Sequence record: OK335775.1
From: Escherichia phage PSD2002
Reading direction: 5' to 3' (one strand)
Length of the DNA stretch: 64,000 nt
Shown: in pieces, positions 9,225 to 18,977 of the stretch
Layout: the number at the start of each line of letters is the position of its first letter
How positions within the stretch are numbered: position 1 is the stretch's first letter
Program-made: the position numbers and the translations under genes
Notes under the pieces: generated by a model
What the model was told of the DNA's origin: nothing
The model's input: only the letters and a program-made list of their open reading frames with translations
Database searches by the model: none

Positions 9225-10989
9225 CAGATACTTTAGCTAATGAACCGCCATCCATATGCACAGTATTTGATGCGTTTAAATTAATGTTCGTCGCTGCAAA
9301 ATTTAAATCTTGTTCGACATTTACATCCATATTTTGAGCATTGATTGTGGCCTTTTGTTTAACGCTTATATCTGCATTCTGGTTGACATTAACTGTTGTA
9401 TCTTTTTCAACCGTAATATATGCTTCTTGTTCAACAGTTATATCAGCAGTACCCATAATAACTATTTTAACATTTCCTTTAACAAGCAGAGTTCCATTAC
9501 CTTCTACAGTTTTGGTTTCATTCCCTCGAATATGAATGCTTTCAGACCCATCAGTTTGACGGCGCACGTTTGCCATATTATAATAGGTTTCATCGCCACC
9601 AACGTTGACTTTATTATTACCACCAACATAAGTATTTGAATCGCCTTGGGTCATATAATAACCATCGGCTACCGTCTTAGAAGTTTTACGTCCATCAGGA
9701 GCAACTTCTTCATAACTACCGGTAGGATGGATTAAACGGTATCGTTCTTGCCCTGGGGTATTATCGAATTCTTGGATATGCCCGCCTTCAGTTTGCATGG
9801 TTTGGACATATGGATATTCGCCTTTATAACTAGAATCAGGTTCTTTAAAAAGAATCCTTGTGTCTTCTGGAGTCCACGGGTCGGCAGGGTCTGAATTTGT
9901 AGGGGCCACAAAGGTTTGAATCATTCTATACGAACGGCCATTAAATGACCTTTCTTTAGGGGCCATAATACCATATGATTCCATGTTACCTGTGAGGATA
10001 ATCATTGACACCCTTGATGCGCGACCTTTAGTTTGGTTAAACCATACCGAATTACGGGCTTCTTCAAATGCCTTTTTATAATCGCCTATTAACATTGCAC
10101 TAAGCATTCCACGGAATTTAGCAAGCCCACCTAATCCCATTTGGAAAGCCATGTTTTCAAGAGCCATTTGTCTCGAACGGTTTTCTTTATTATAAACAGG
10201 ACCTACAACACTATGCAGGCCTATATCATTTTGGACTTTTTTAAGGTCGTCTTGGAATAATTTAGAAACCTCGTCCATTGATATTGCACCAGGGTTACCT
10301 TTAACTTCTCGTCCTACCTGATTAGATAATATTTTGTTTATTTGATTCATATCTCTAATAGGTTGTGGCGTAATAAGGTGACCTATACCTATAGTAGGAT
10401 AACCTTCGGTATCCCAATATACCTTCAGTCTAAGCCCTTCATCACGATGAAGCATGTTTTCTATTGTGAAATTAGGATTATCATCAGGCTTGACTTGGCT
10501 CAAATCCAAACCGTCTGGGTTAATACCTACATCGGTGTTTGCATCTTGTATTACGTTGGAAGTGGCATCATATCCAACTTCACCACCTCGGTTTAAAGCC
10601 GCGGCATCATTACCTAAATAAAGTGGGTATTGACCTGTCGGGTCGCTAAAACCTTCATTAGGATTAGCCTTTTGTCTTGAAGCGGAACCGTATGTACCAA
10701 GGACCAGTCCGTTTAATTTCCACTTATCAAGAAAATGCCCATAAACCTGTGTACCAGGAACCATACCGGTCATGGCGGTTTGAATACCTGAAACAGAGGC
10801 TGAAGATGTAGGCATTAATACCGACATCCATGGTAAATCTTCTGTACGAAGGCCTTTTACTGGACCTTGCACTTTTTCGTATGGATGCATGCCCCATACG
10901 CGCACGCGTACTCGGCCTTGTTGGAGTGGGTCCATTCGGTCTTCAACTACGCCGACGAACCAACTGACATTATCAGACATGTTAATCAT
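9202..10989 (-). CDS. 5: baseplate hub subunit and tail lysozyme gp5
   Basis: 595 aa; N-terminal OB region NVSWFVGVVEDRMDPLQQGRVRVRVWGMHP; lysozyme segment DEGLRLKVYWDTEGYPTIGIGHLI; C-terminal repetitive VxVxxN beta-helix. Confidence 0.9.
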   Translation of the reverse strand: MINMSDNVSWFVGVVEDRMDPLQQGRVRVRVWGMHPYEKVQGPVKGLRTEDLPWMSVLMPTSSASVSGIQTAMTGMVPGTQVYGHFLDKWKLNGLVLGTYGSASRQKANPNEGFSDPTGQYPLYLGNDAAALNRGGEVGYDATSNVIQDANTDVGINPDGLDLSQVKPDDNPNFTIENMLHRDEGLRLKVYWDTEGYPTIGIGHLITPQPIRDMNQINKILSNQVGREVKGNPGAISMDEVSKLFQDDLKKVQNDIGLHSVVGPVYNKENRSRQMALENMAFQMGLGGLAKFRGMLSAMLIGDYKKAFEEARNSVWFNQTKGRASRVSMIILTGNMESYGIMAPKERSFNGRSYRMIQTFVAPTNSDPADPWTPEDTRILFKEPDSSYKGEYPYVQTMQTEGGHIQEFDNTPGQERYRLIHPTGSYEEVAPDGRKTSKTVADGYYMTQGDSNTYVGGNNKVNVGGDETYYNMANVRRQTDGSESIHIRGNETKTVEGNGTLLVKGNVKIVIMGTADITVEQEAYITVEKDTTVNVNQNADISVKQKATINAQNMDVNVEQDLNFAATNINLNASNTVHMDGGSLAKVSGGNVQVG

Positions 10990-11591
10990 TAGAGGGCTTT
11001 CTCCATTTCTCTAATTAAAGCGGAAACAAAGGACTCGATGTCATTAGGGTCTATAATCTTTATTTCGCGCTTATATTCATTTTTACGAATGGCGTCCTCG
11101 TAAATATCTACTGCAGCCAAAGGACCTTCATATTGAGGATAACGTTTTTCTGTATCACCTTTATCGTACCAAGTATAAGGATTTTCCGGAGTATTTACTA
11201 GATTCCAGAATTTCTCACCCTTTTCATTGACATGATAAAGGACTTGGTTTCCGCCTGCAGTAGCATAACGTTGAATAGCTGCTTGATACGCAGATTCTTG
11301 GCCTGTAATCCAGCCGTAATAAGGGTCATATACGTTATTACACATCAATAAAACCCAATATAATTGCACGTTACCATAAAGTTGATGGGCTAATTCTTCT
11401 GGACGAGGGGCCCCACTGATATAATATGTTTTAAGTGTATAATTTTTAGCCACTTTATCAAAATATTCTTTATAGTTTCTAAATATATCAGTCATCGGTA
11501 CGCTCAGTACATCGGCATCAGTTAATGAGCCGGAATCTGGCTTGACTGTTTTTGATTCGTAATTTATAGGATCGAAAAATGAGAAGAGCAT
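10989..11591 (-). CDS. 53: baseplate wedge subunit gp53
   Basis: 200 aa (T4 gp53 is 196 aa); position upstream of gene 5; divergent late promoter immediately upstream. Confidence 0.75.
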   Translation of the reverse strand: MLFSFFDPINYESKTVKPDSGSLTDADVLSVPMTDIFRNYKEYFDKVAKNYTLKTYYISGAPRPEELAHQLYGNVQLYWVLLMCNNVYDPYYGWITGQESAYQAAIQRYATAGGNQVLYHVNEKGEKFWNLVNTPENPYTWYDKGDTEKRYPQYEGPLAAVDIYEDAIRKNEYKREIKIIDPNDIESFVSALIREMEKAL

Positions 11592-11603
11592 AGTGCCTCC
11601 GAG

Positions 11604-11611
11604 TATAAATA
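11604..11611 (+). promoter_or_regulatory. late promoter (TATAAATA) for gene 4
   Basis: Plus-strand TATAAATA 26 nt upstream of the gp4 ATG, followed by AAGGAGG. Confidence 0.6.
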
Positions 11612-11618
11612 ATATTAA

Positions 11619-11626
11619 TATTTATA
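11619..11626 (-). promoter_or_regulatory. late promoter (TATAAATA) for gene 53
   Basis: Minus-strand TATAAATA about 25 nt upstream of the gp53 ATG, followed by GGAGG. Confidence 0.6.
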
Positions 11627-11636
11627 AGGAGGCACT

Positions 11637-12086
11637 ATGGCCTACTCAGGGAAATTTAAACCTACAAACTTACAAAAATATAAAGGTGATTGGAAGAAAA
11701 TCCAATATCGTTCCTCTTGGGAAGCATGGCTTATGCGTTGGCTTGACAACCATCCTAATGTCGTCCAGTGGAACTCGGAAGAGGTTGTGATTCCATATTT
11801 TAGTAACGCTGATGGAAAGAAACGTCGGTATTTTATGGACTTCTGGGTGAAGTTCGACAATGGTCAACAATTCTTTTTCGAAGTCAAACCTTTTAAAGAG
11901 ACCCATCCTCCAGCGGCGCCTGCTAAAATGACTACAGCTGCTAAAAAGAGATATATCAACGAACATTATACATGGAGTGTAAATAAAGATAAATGGAAAG
12001 CTGCTAAAGCTACAGCAGATAAAATGGGAATTAATTTCAGATTGATTACCGAAAACTCACTGAAAAAATTAGGATGGAAAGGATGA
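11637..12086 (+). CDS. 4: head completion protein gp4
   Basis: 149 aa; [19 protein letters not shown]... resembles T4 gp4 as I recall it (about 150 aa); synteny 53/4/2/3/1. Confidence 0.8.
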   Translation: MAYSGKFKPTNLQKYKGDWKKIQYRSSWEAWLMRWLDNHPNVVQWNSEEVVIPYFSNADGKKRRYFMDFWVKFDNGQQFFFEVKPFKETHPPAAPAKMTTAAKKRYINEHYTWSVNKDKWKAAKATADKMGINFRLITENSLKKLGWKG

Positions 12087-12910
12087 GTATATTTTCTTAC
12101 ATCAACGAGGCTACTGAAACTACAAAAGGTTCCAAGCCTACTCGTTCAGAACAACAATGGATAACTTTAGGCGTTGAATATGCCAACGCTAAGGCTAAAG
12201 GTGTTTCGGCTAAGAAATTCGCTGAAGATAAAGGCATCAAGTATTCTAGCTTTACATCTGCGATGTCTCGATACTCGAGTCGAATTAAAACTGCTGTACA
12301 GGTTGAAAAACTTCAGAAGAAACCTGGCAATAAATTAACCAAAGCCGAACGTCAATTAATTTTGGTGAATAGTTTTAGAAAGAGTATTCGCGATAAGATT
12401 GCTAACGAAGGCGCTGCCGTAAACAATAAATCAGCTAAATGGTTTACAGAAACATTAAAGAAAGGAATTCGTGGACACCAGGTATCTAAACCGTCTCCTG
12501 GTAAGCTTTATGCTTATATCTATGATGCCAAACATAAGGATACCCTACCATACTGGGACAAATATCCTTTAATAATTTATCTTGGGTTAGGTAAGCATAA
12601 TTTAATGTACGGACTGAACTTACACTATATTCCACCTAAAGCACGTCAGCAATTTCTGGAAGAATTGCTGAAGCAATACGCGAGTACGCCTACCATTACG
12701 AACTCGACTAAATTAAAAATCGATTGGAGTAAGGTAAAAGGATTCGCTGGCGCCGACGTGATGATTAAGGCTTATATCCCTGGAAATATTAAGGGACCTT
12801 TAGTAGAGATAAAACCGTCTGATTGGGCTAATGTCGTAATGATGCCGCTCCAACAGTTCATGTCTAAAGGCAAGCGTTATTCAGCTCAGAAAGTATGGAA
12901 GAATTCATAA
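12083..12910 (+). CDS. 2: DNA end protector protein gp2
   Basis: 275 aa from the ATG overlapping the gp4 stop (ATGA); T4 gp2 is 274 aa; an alternative in-frame ATG lies at 12074. Confidence 0.7.
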   Translation: MSIFSYINEATETTKGSKPTRSEQQWITLGVEYANAKAKGVSAKKFAEDKGIKYSSFTSAMSRYSSRIKTAVQVEKLQKKPGNKLTKAERQLILVNSFRKSIRDKIANEGAAVNNKSAKWFTETLKKGIRGHQVSKPSPGKLYAYIYDAKHKDTLPYWDKYPLIIYLGLGKHNLMYGLNLHYIPPKARQQFLEELLKQYASTPTITNSTKLKIDWSKVKGFAGADVMIKAYIPGNIKGPLVEIKPSDWANVVMMPLQQFMSKGKRYSAQKVWKNS

Positions 12911-12992
12911 TCTATTATCCCAGCCAGTTATTGAATGGAACAGACCTAGGACCATTATACACTGTCTGGGACTTAAGCAATATAGGAACCCT

Positions 12993-13583
12993 ATGAACGG
13001 TTTATTTAACCAAACTAACACTACTAACTTTATCTTAGAGGTTAGTGACGCAGGAATGACGCAGGCATTCAAATTGAACGTACAAGATGTAACACTACCG
13101 GGTATCCATATTCCGGTCTCAGACGTCCCGGGATCGACCCAGGGCATACATCGTGCTAAGCTGCCAGGTTCTACGGTAGAATTCGATCCATTGATTGTGA
13201 ACTTTCTTGTAGACCGTGAATTGAAATCATGGCTTGATGTTTATAAGTGGATGTTGTCATTAAACAACTATGTAACCCATGATTCAGAAGCCTGGCACCC
13301 TAAAGGACAACCGGAAGCTATCACCCTCCACATCCTTGATAACAACAAACAAAAAATCGTAATGAGCATTCATTACTACGGTGGTTGGCCATCTGACCTC
13401 TCGGAAATCCAGTACTCTTATAAAGAGGATTCTGACCCGGCGATAATCGCCACAGCAACATTCAACTTCAAATCGTTTGCTGTAGAAATAGATGGTACAA
13501 TAGTTACAGGTCGTCCACAAATTGATTCGTATGCCGAACAACGAGTGGCTCGTATGTCTATGCATCCATCTATGAGAAAATAA
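12993..13583 (+). CDS. 3: tail completion / sheath stabiliser protein gp3
   Basis: 196 aa ORF in the T4 gene 3 position between genes 2 and 1. Confidence 0.6.
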   Translation: MNGLFNQTNTTNFILEVSDAGMTQAFKLNVQDVTLPGIHIPVSDVPGSTQGIHRAKLPGSTVEFDPLIVNFLVDRELKSWLDVYKWMLSLNNYVTHDSEAWHPKGQPEAITLHILDNNKQKIVMSIHYYGGWPSDLSEIQYSYKEDSDPAIIATATFNFKSFAVEIDGTIVTGRPQIDSYAEQRVARMSMHPSMRK

Positions 13584-14333
13584 TGAAACTAATATCAATT
13601 GTAGGAATCAAACGTAGCGGTAAGGATACCGTTGCTAACTATGTAATCGAAAATATGGATTCGGTAAAATTTCAGCTCGCAGGTCCTATTAAAAAGTATC
13701 TGGCTGAAGCCTATGAATACATCTCTGATGACCCTGTATTCGACCGTAGTTACATGCCTAAACTAGATTTTAACTGTTTTGAAGGTATCGGTTACGACCG
13801 TGAAGAAATCCTTCCTTTAAAACCAGATGATGTGATTGATATCTTTGAACATGCTATTGTCAAACTGAATAATATCCTTCCTATTCCAGGAATTGATACC
13901 GTAACTACGTATCATTATGGTCCTACCATTCAATATCTGTCTGAAGAAACAAAAGACCAACTGTTTGAAGTAATAAATAAAAATAACAATTGGTCAGTAC
14001 GTCGTCTCATGCAGACCCTTGGGACTGATATTATTGTTAACCAATTTGATAAGATGTATTGGGTTAAGTTGTTCGCTTTAGACTATTTTGATAAAATATA
14101 CTCTGATGCGAAATACTATGTCGTACCTGATGTTCGTCAAACACACGAAATTGATTCGCTCAGAGCGATGGGTGCTACGATTATTCATGTAGTTCGCGCT
14201 GAAACCGGTCAAGTACAAGACTCGCACATCACTGAAGCGGGTCTACCAATTTTACCCGGTGACGTTGTTATTGAAAATAACGGCACTCTTTCTGAACTAT
14301 ACACCACTATTGATAAATTATTAGGAAATAAAA

Positions 14334-14341
<8 letters not shown>
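13583..14341 (+). CDS. 1: deoxynucleoside monophosphate kinase gp1
   Basis: P-loop SIVGIKRSGKDT; WSVRRLMQTLGTDIIVNQFDKMYWVKLFALDY closely resembles T4 gp1. Confidence 0.9.
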
Positions 14342-15034
<693 letters not shown>

Positions 15035-15041
15035 GAACAAA

Positions 15042-15371
15042 ATGAAAACATATAACGAATTTGTACAAACTGAAGCAATTAATGAAGTAGCCATCCCTAA
15101 ACCGGCTAAAGCTGACGGTACTGAGTACTACCATATTGAAACATCTTTTGATGCAGCTTCAGATATGGCTAACGGGCTTGGTGATTTCATCCGTCAAGCT
15201 AAGTCCGACCTGGCTAAATTTACAAAGACCCTTGATAAAGAGCAAAAGAAACCTTTCTCGGATCTGGCTAAAAAACTGGACGCGTTAAATGACAAGGTCT
15301 TTAAAGAAGTTTACCACGGTATGATTGGTCTTACCCGTGAATTCAATGCTGAAGTTAAAAAACTTCCCTAA
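15042..15371 (+). CDS. internal protein (IPI-position) with capsid-targeting N-terminus
   Basis: Starts MKTYNEFVQTE; T4 internal proteins begin MKTYQEFIAE (capsid targeting sequence); located after 57B as ipI is in T4. Confidence 0.65.
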   Translation: MKTYNEFVQTEAINEVAIPKPAKADGTEYYHIETSFDAASDMANGLGDFIRQAKSDLAKFTKTLDKEQKKPFSDLAKKLDALNDKVFKEVYHGMIGLTREFNAEVKKLP

Positions 15372-15380
15372 GTACAGATA

Positions 15381-15402
15381 AGGAGCCACAAAGCTCCTTT
15401 TT
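15381..15402 (+). terminator. rho-independent terminator
   Basis: AGGAGC-CACAAA-GCTCCT hairpin followed by TTTTT. Confidence 0.6.
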
Positions 15403-15419
15403 GTATCTAAACAAAAGGT

Positions 15420-15450
15420 GTTTACTTTCCTGGATAGCCGTGATACTATA
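15420..15450 (+). promoter_or_regulatory. T4-type early promoter cassette
   Basis: GTTTAC ... TGATACTATAGCCCTATCAA; one of at least 15 near-identical copies. Confidence 0.6.
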
Positions 15451-15486
15451 GCCCTATCAAAACAAACTAACCAAACGGAAATCAAA

Positions 15487-15711
15487 ATGAAAACTTATCA
15501 AGAATTTATTACCGAAGCTAAAAGACATGAAGATGAACTGCCAATTGTTACAAAAACCTTTGATGGCACACTGGCTGATTTTAAAAAAGTCCCTAGTGAT
15601 AAGCTTGCTAAATTGACTGGCTCTATCAATGAAAAAGGTGGCAAGGTCACATTTTCTGCTCAAGGCACTGCCAATCTTAAAAAACTTTTGAAAGCCGCAG
15701 GCGTAGAATAA
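15487..15711 (+). CDS. internal-protein-like protein
   Basis: Starts MKTYQEFITEAK; SD-like GGAAA upstream. Confidence 0.6.
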   Translation: MKTYQEFITEAKRHEDELPIVTKTFDGTLADFKKVPSDKLAKLTGSINEKGGKVTFSAQGTANLKKLLKAAGVE

Positions 15712-15712
15712 A

Positions 15713-15985
15713 ATGAAATCATACCAAGAATTTATCGCTGAATCTATTCTTAATGAAGAAGTAAAAATTAACAAATCTGTTAAGACCATGATTGATAATA
15801 TAAATCATCTCTATAACATCGATTTGACTAATCACGTAACTTTAGGCAATAAGCGAAACTTTTTTGTATTTGATACTTCAGAACTTGACCAGAATCAAAT
15901 TAACAATATTGAACGTTTTGCTAATGAAAAAGGGCTGCGCCACGAGACAGCCGGTTATAAAAAGTATGCAATTTATTTAAAATAA
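15713..15985 (+). CDS. internal-protein-like protein
   Basis: Starts MKSYQEFIAES. Confidence 0.55.
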   Translation: MKSYQEFIAESILNEEVKINKSVKTMIDNINHLYNIDLTNHVTLGNKRNFFVFDTSELDQNQINNIERFANEKGLRHETAGYKKYAIYLK

Positions 15986-15987
15986 TT

Positions 15988-16018
15988 GTTTACAACGGGC
16001 TTTAGCCGTGATACTATA
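15988..16018 (+). promoter_or_regulatory. T4-type early promoter cassette
   Basis: GTTTAC ... TGATACTATAGCCCTATCAAAACAAA, then conserved leader GAGTGAATGGAGAATAAAATG. Confidence 0.6.
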
Positions 16019-16053
16019 GCCCTATCAAAACAAATGAGTGAATGGAGAATAAA

Positions 16054-16239
16054 ATGAAACGTTGTGAATTAATTAGAAATGTTACTGCACTGGCCGCTGT
16101 TACTGCTTTTGGCTTTAGTATGTTTGCAGGATTCATGCTCGATATGCTTTCAACTTCCGAGAATATAATCTCTTTAGTAGTGGCATTTTTAATTGGTTCA
16201 ATTTCTTTTGTTATGGATAAAATCTCTAAAGGTGAGTAA
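16054..16239 (+). CDS. small membrane protein (61 aa)
   Basis: ATG after GGAGA; hydrophobic core VTALAAVTAFGFSMFAGFML and LVVAFLIGSISFV. Confidence 0.5.
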   Translation: MKRCELIRNVTALAAVTAFGFSMFAGFMLDMLSTSENIISLVVAFLIGSISFVMDKISKGE

Positions 16240-16240
16240 A

Positions 16241-16621
16241 ATGTATAAAGTGTATGCAGATTATCAGGCAAATCCATCTGAAAAACCAGATTGTCAAATT
16301 GGGTGGGCACACGACACCCTGCTTAAGGCGGTAGATAAAGCCCAGGAATTAGGGTATAGTTATGTGGATATTGTTCAACCCAATGGGACCGTTATTACAC
16401 TTGAAGAATTCAAGAATATCAAAACAAACTTTTTGCTCTTTGCGGGTGATAACTATTACCCTCGTGGCGGTTATGCCGACTTAATCGCAAAGGCCGCTAC
16501 TGAAGATGAACTGCGCGATATCATTAAAGAAAATGAGAATAACCCTCTTTACGGTTCTAATCGTTTTGACTGGTGGCAGATTGTTAATGCCAATACCCAT
16601 ACTATTGTAGACGAGGGTTAA
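16241..16621 (+). CDS. hypothetical protein
   Basis: ORF with AAAGGTGAG SD; start immediately after the stop of the upstream gene. Confidence 0.5.
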   Translation: MYKVYADYQANPSEKPDCQIGWAHDTLLKAVDKAQELGYSYVDIVQPNGTVITLEEFKNIKTNFLLFAGDNYYPRGGYADLIAKAATEDELRDIIKENENNPLYGSNRFDWWQIVNANTHTIVDEG

Positions 16622-16912
16622 ATGTTATACGTTAAGGTTACTAATCCAGAGAATGGATATAATTCAGACCAGGTTGCAGCAGAGCTACTGATTCGCAACT
16701 TTGGCAAAGGTGCTGTGCTTGATGTCCAACAGGTTAATATTGGTCGTAGTTCAAGCGACGTTAAACTAAAAGTTAACGGTCGCCGTTATAATTCTGTTAA
16801 CTTTACTTTCTACACCGCAACTGAAAACGGGTTGGTCGAATACGACATCTTTAAAAATCCTTTGAAGATTGCTTCTATTAAACTTGATTACATTAATATG
16901 TGGCCACAATGA
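16622..16912 (+). CDS. hypothetical protein
   Basis: 96-aa ORF, ATG overlaps the upstream stop (TAAATG). Confidence 0.5.
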   Translation: MLYVKVTNPENGYNSDQVAAELLIRNFGKGAVLDVQQVNIGRSSSDVKLKVNGRRYNSVNFTFYTATENGLVEYDIFKNPLKIASIKLDYINMWPQ

Positions 16913-17086
16913 ACCAAATTTGACCAGACTATTCCTAAAAATAGTAATATGCTTTAAGAGTAATGTGTTATTATTACTCTATCATTAATACCCTCTATTA
17001 CCAAAGGTTCTTCCCTCAAAGAACCTTTCATAATAGACAAGGTCTATTAATCAAACTTACTTTACTTAATTTTATTTGAGGTGTTT

Positions 17087-17353
17087 ATGTTAGTATTAAA
17101 ATTAGCTTTTTATGACCCGGCAACCAAGACAACAACAACCAAACGTTGTTCTATTTCATATGAATGTCAATTTGGTGAAGTTGAGACCGACGGCGGGCCC
17201 TTTATGGCAATTGCCGATAGCACATTCGCTAAACCAAAAATAATTCCACTAGTTAACGCTGCGGCTTATCTGGTTGCTCCTGAAGAAATGACTTATCACA
17301 CAATTCAGCACATGGCTAAAGATGATAATGCTCCTGCTGGATTTGTAGTTTAA
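17087..17353 (+). CDS. hypothetical protein
   Basis: 88-aa ORF with GAGGTG SD-like sequence upstream. Confidence 0.45.
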   Translation: MLVLKLAFYDPATKTTTTKRCSISYECQFGEVETDGGPFMAIADSTFAKPKIIPLVNAAAYLVAPEEMTYHTIQHMAKDDNAPAGFVV

Positions 17354-17358
17354 ATTAA

Positions 17359-17435
17359 GGCCCTGTAGCTCAATGGTTAGCAGCAGTCCCCTCATAAGGG
17401 AAAGGTTACCAGTTCAAATCTGGTCCGGGTCACCA
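17359..17435 (+). tRNA. tRNA, anticodon CAT (Met/Ile-lysidine type)
   Basis: Acceptor stem GGCCCTG/CCGGGTC, T-arm ACCAG-TTCAAAT-CTGGT, anticodon loop CTCATAA, encoded CCA. Confidence 0.75.
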
Positions 17436-17440
17436 ACTAT

Positions 17441-17515
17441 GTCCCGCTGGTGTAATGGATAGCATACGATCCTTCTAAGTTTGCGGTCCTGGTTCGATCC
17501 CAGGGCGGGATACCA
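17441..17515 (+). tRNA. tRNA-Arg (anticodon TCT)
   Basis: Acceptor GTCCCGC/GCGGGAT, T-arm CCTGG-TTCGATC-CCAGG, anticodon loop CTTCTAA, encoded CCA. Confidence 0.8.
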
Positions 17516-17754
17516 AATGAAGACTATTATATAGTCAAGCCGTCGTATGAAGACTGATTACCAGCATTCACCGGCGCAACAAACAAGAAACCGGGTCGCT
17601 ACCGGTAAGTCGTCGGACTGATGTTCCCTGAGTAAGGACTGGCATTAACAAATCTTTACGATCTGTTAACGTTCCCTTACATCACAGCAGAAACGGCGCA
17701 CCGAATTATCGATTCGAGGAAATATCTTTGCCGTAAGCCGAGTAGCGTTTTTGA

Positions 17755-17846
17755 CGGAACGTTCGGATATGGTCGAGATATGGCCTTTTAAAAATATTGA
17801 GTGGCGTCAACTACTTAATAACCGGGTTCGAATCCCGGCGTTTCGT
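17755..17846 (+). ncRNA. tRNA-like element (7-bp acceptor stem plus canonical T-arm, no encoded CCA); possible small stable RNA
   Basis: CGGAACG pairs with CGTTTCG; T-arm CCGGG-TTCGAAT-CCCGG; D and anticodon arms do not fold canonically; lies in a 600-bp ORF-free region. Confidence 0.35.
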
Positions 17847-17896
17847 ACAAACACTTGCCTAGCAGGTGGAACCCCGACAAGGTTACCCTAGGTTAA

Positions 17897-17927
17897 AGGC
17901 CCTTCCGAAAGGTTGGGCTTTTTTTGT
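17897..17927 (+). terminator. terminator-like hairpin with T-tract (repeat copy 1)
   Basis: AGGCCCTTCCGAAAGGTTGGGC followed by TTTTTTT; a near-identical copy lies at 18541. Confidence 0.5.
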
Positions 17928-17934
17928 ATAAATA
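17927..17934 (+). promoter_or_regulatory. late promoter (TATAAATA)
   Basis: TATAAATA about 27 nt upstream of the ATG at 17961. Confidence 0.5.
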
Positions 17935-17960
17935 TGTAGTAAACTAACTTAGGAAATAAT

Positions 17961-18425
17961 ATGAAAACTTACAATGAATTTTTGACTGAACAATCTAGTT
18001 CAGATGTAAAAGCCGCTGCTATTGCAGCAATTCAAGCAGGTAAATATTCTTACAAAGACGCCTCTGATGAAGAACGTTTCCGTTTTATTAAAGATTTTAA
18101 AGCCGAAGGTTTTACTAATGCTAATACTGTTAGCCGAGTTTTTAAAAGCCTAGCTGCATCAGGTGAATTGTTCCAGAAAGCTACAGGTAAAGCACCTGCG
18201 TCAAAAGCGGACCCTAAAGCCGCTCAAGAAAAAAATATCGCCAAAGGAATTATTTCTAAGTATGAAGCAATTCTTAAAGAGCTTTTAGTAATCAAAACAG
18301 AAGGCCAGAAACTGGCACGAGCACATAGCTTCAAAGATAATCCACATGCTCACGACTTAGAGTATGTTGAAGATATTCAGAAAATCATCAAAGACCGTAT
18401 CTGGTCTGCTAAACAAATCAAATAA
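17961..18425 (+). CDS. internal-protein-like protein
   Basis: Starts MKTYNEFLTEQ; 154 aa. Confidence 0.6.
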   Translation: MKTYNEFLTEQSSSDVKAAAIAAIQAGKYSYKDASDEERFRFIKDFKAEGFTNANTVSRVFKSLAASGELFQKATGKAPASKADPKAAQEKNIAKGIISKYEAILKELLVIKTEGQKLARAHSFKDNPHAHDLEYVEDIQKIIKDRIWSAKQIK

Positions 18426-18428
18426 CGA

Positions 18429-18449
18429 AAGCCCCAGATGGGGCTTTTT
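18429..18449 (+). terminator. rho-independent terminator
   Basis: GCCCC-AGAT-GGGGC followed by TTTTT. Confidence 0.65.
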
Positions 18450-18540
18450 GGTTAACTTAGAGAAATATATGAAACTTTTAAAATAAAGCTATGTTAGCCT
18501 TCCACATAAACCCATTCCGGTTCTACAAGAACTGATTCTA

Positions 18541-18568
18541 GGCCCTTCCGAAAGGTTGGGCCTTTTTT
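18541..18568 (+). terminator. terminator-like hairpin with T-tract (repeat copy 2)
   Basis: GGCCCTTCCGAAAGGTTGGGCC followed by TTTTTT. Confidence 0.5.
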
Positions 18569-18591
18569 GTTTCTAAAAAGTTTAAAAAGTT

Positions 18592-18620
18592 GTTTACACC
18601 TCCTTTAAACATGATACTAT
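18592..18620 (+). promoter_or_regulatory. T4-type early promoter cassette
   Basis: GTTTAC ... TGATACTATAGACCTATCAAAACAAC. Confidence 0.6.
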
Positions 18621-18655
18621 AGACCTATCAAAACAACAGAGTGAAGGAGAGTAAA

Positions 18656-18919
18656 ATGGATAATTATGGTGAATTGTTTAATTTCTTTATGAAATGCGTT
18701 CCGGAAGAATTTGGTGCTACAGTTAACGATATTAAAGTTATCGGTCCTGAACACCCGGTGTATGAAACCTATGCAGTAATGGGTAATGAAGATGGACAGT
18801 GGTATACAATTAAAGTTGTGATTAATATGTTCTCAGCTGAAGGTTACGCCAAATCGTCTACCAAAGTTTACCATGGTAATGATTTTGATGCAGAAAATTA
18901 TTTCAATAATATGAAATAA
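18656..18919 (+). CDS. hypothetical protein
   Basis: ATG preceded by AGGAGA; the ORF-track N-terminal extension starts at GTG inside the leader. Confidence 0.5.
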   Translation: MDNYGELFNFFMKCVPEEFGATVNDIKVIGPEHPVYETYAVMGNEDGQWYTIKVVINMFSAEGYAKSSTKVYHGNDFDAENYFNNMK

Positions 18920-18977
18920 AACGTTTACATGGGCTCATGATTAAGATATTATGAGCCCATAATTTGAGGAGAACATA

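Noticed and set aside
17755-17846. Third canonical tRNA gene
   Set aside because: Acceptor and T arms fold, but no acceptable D arm or anticodon arm could be drawn and CCA is not encoded. Reported only as a tRNA-like element.
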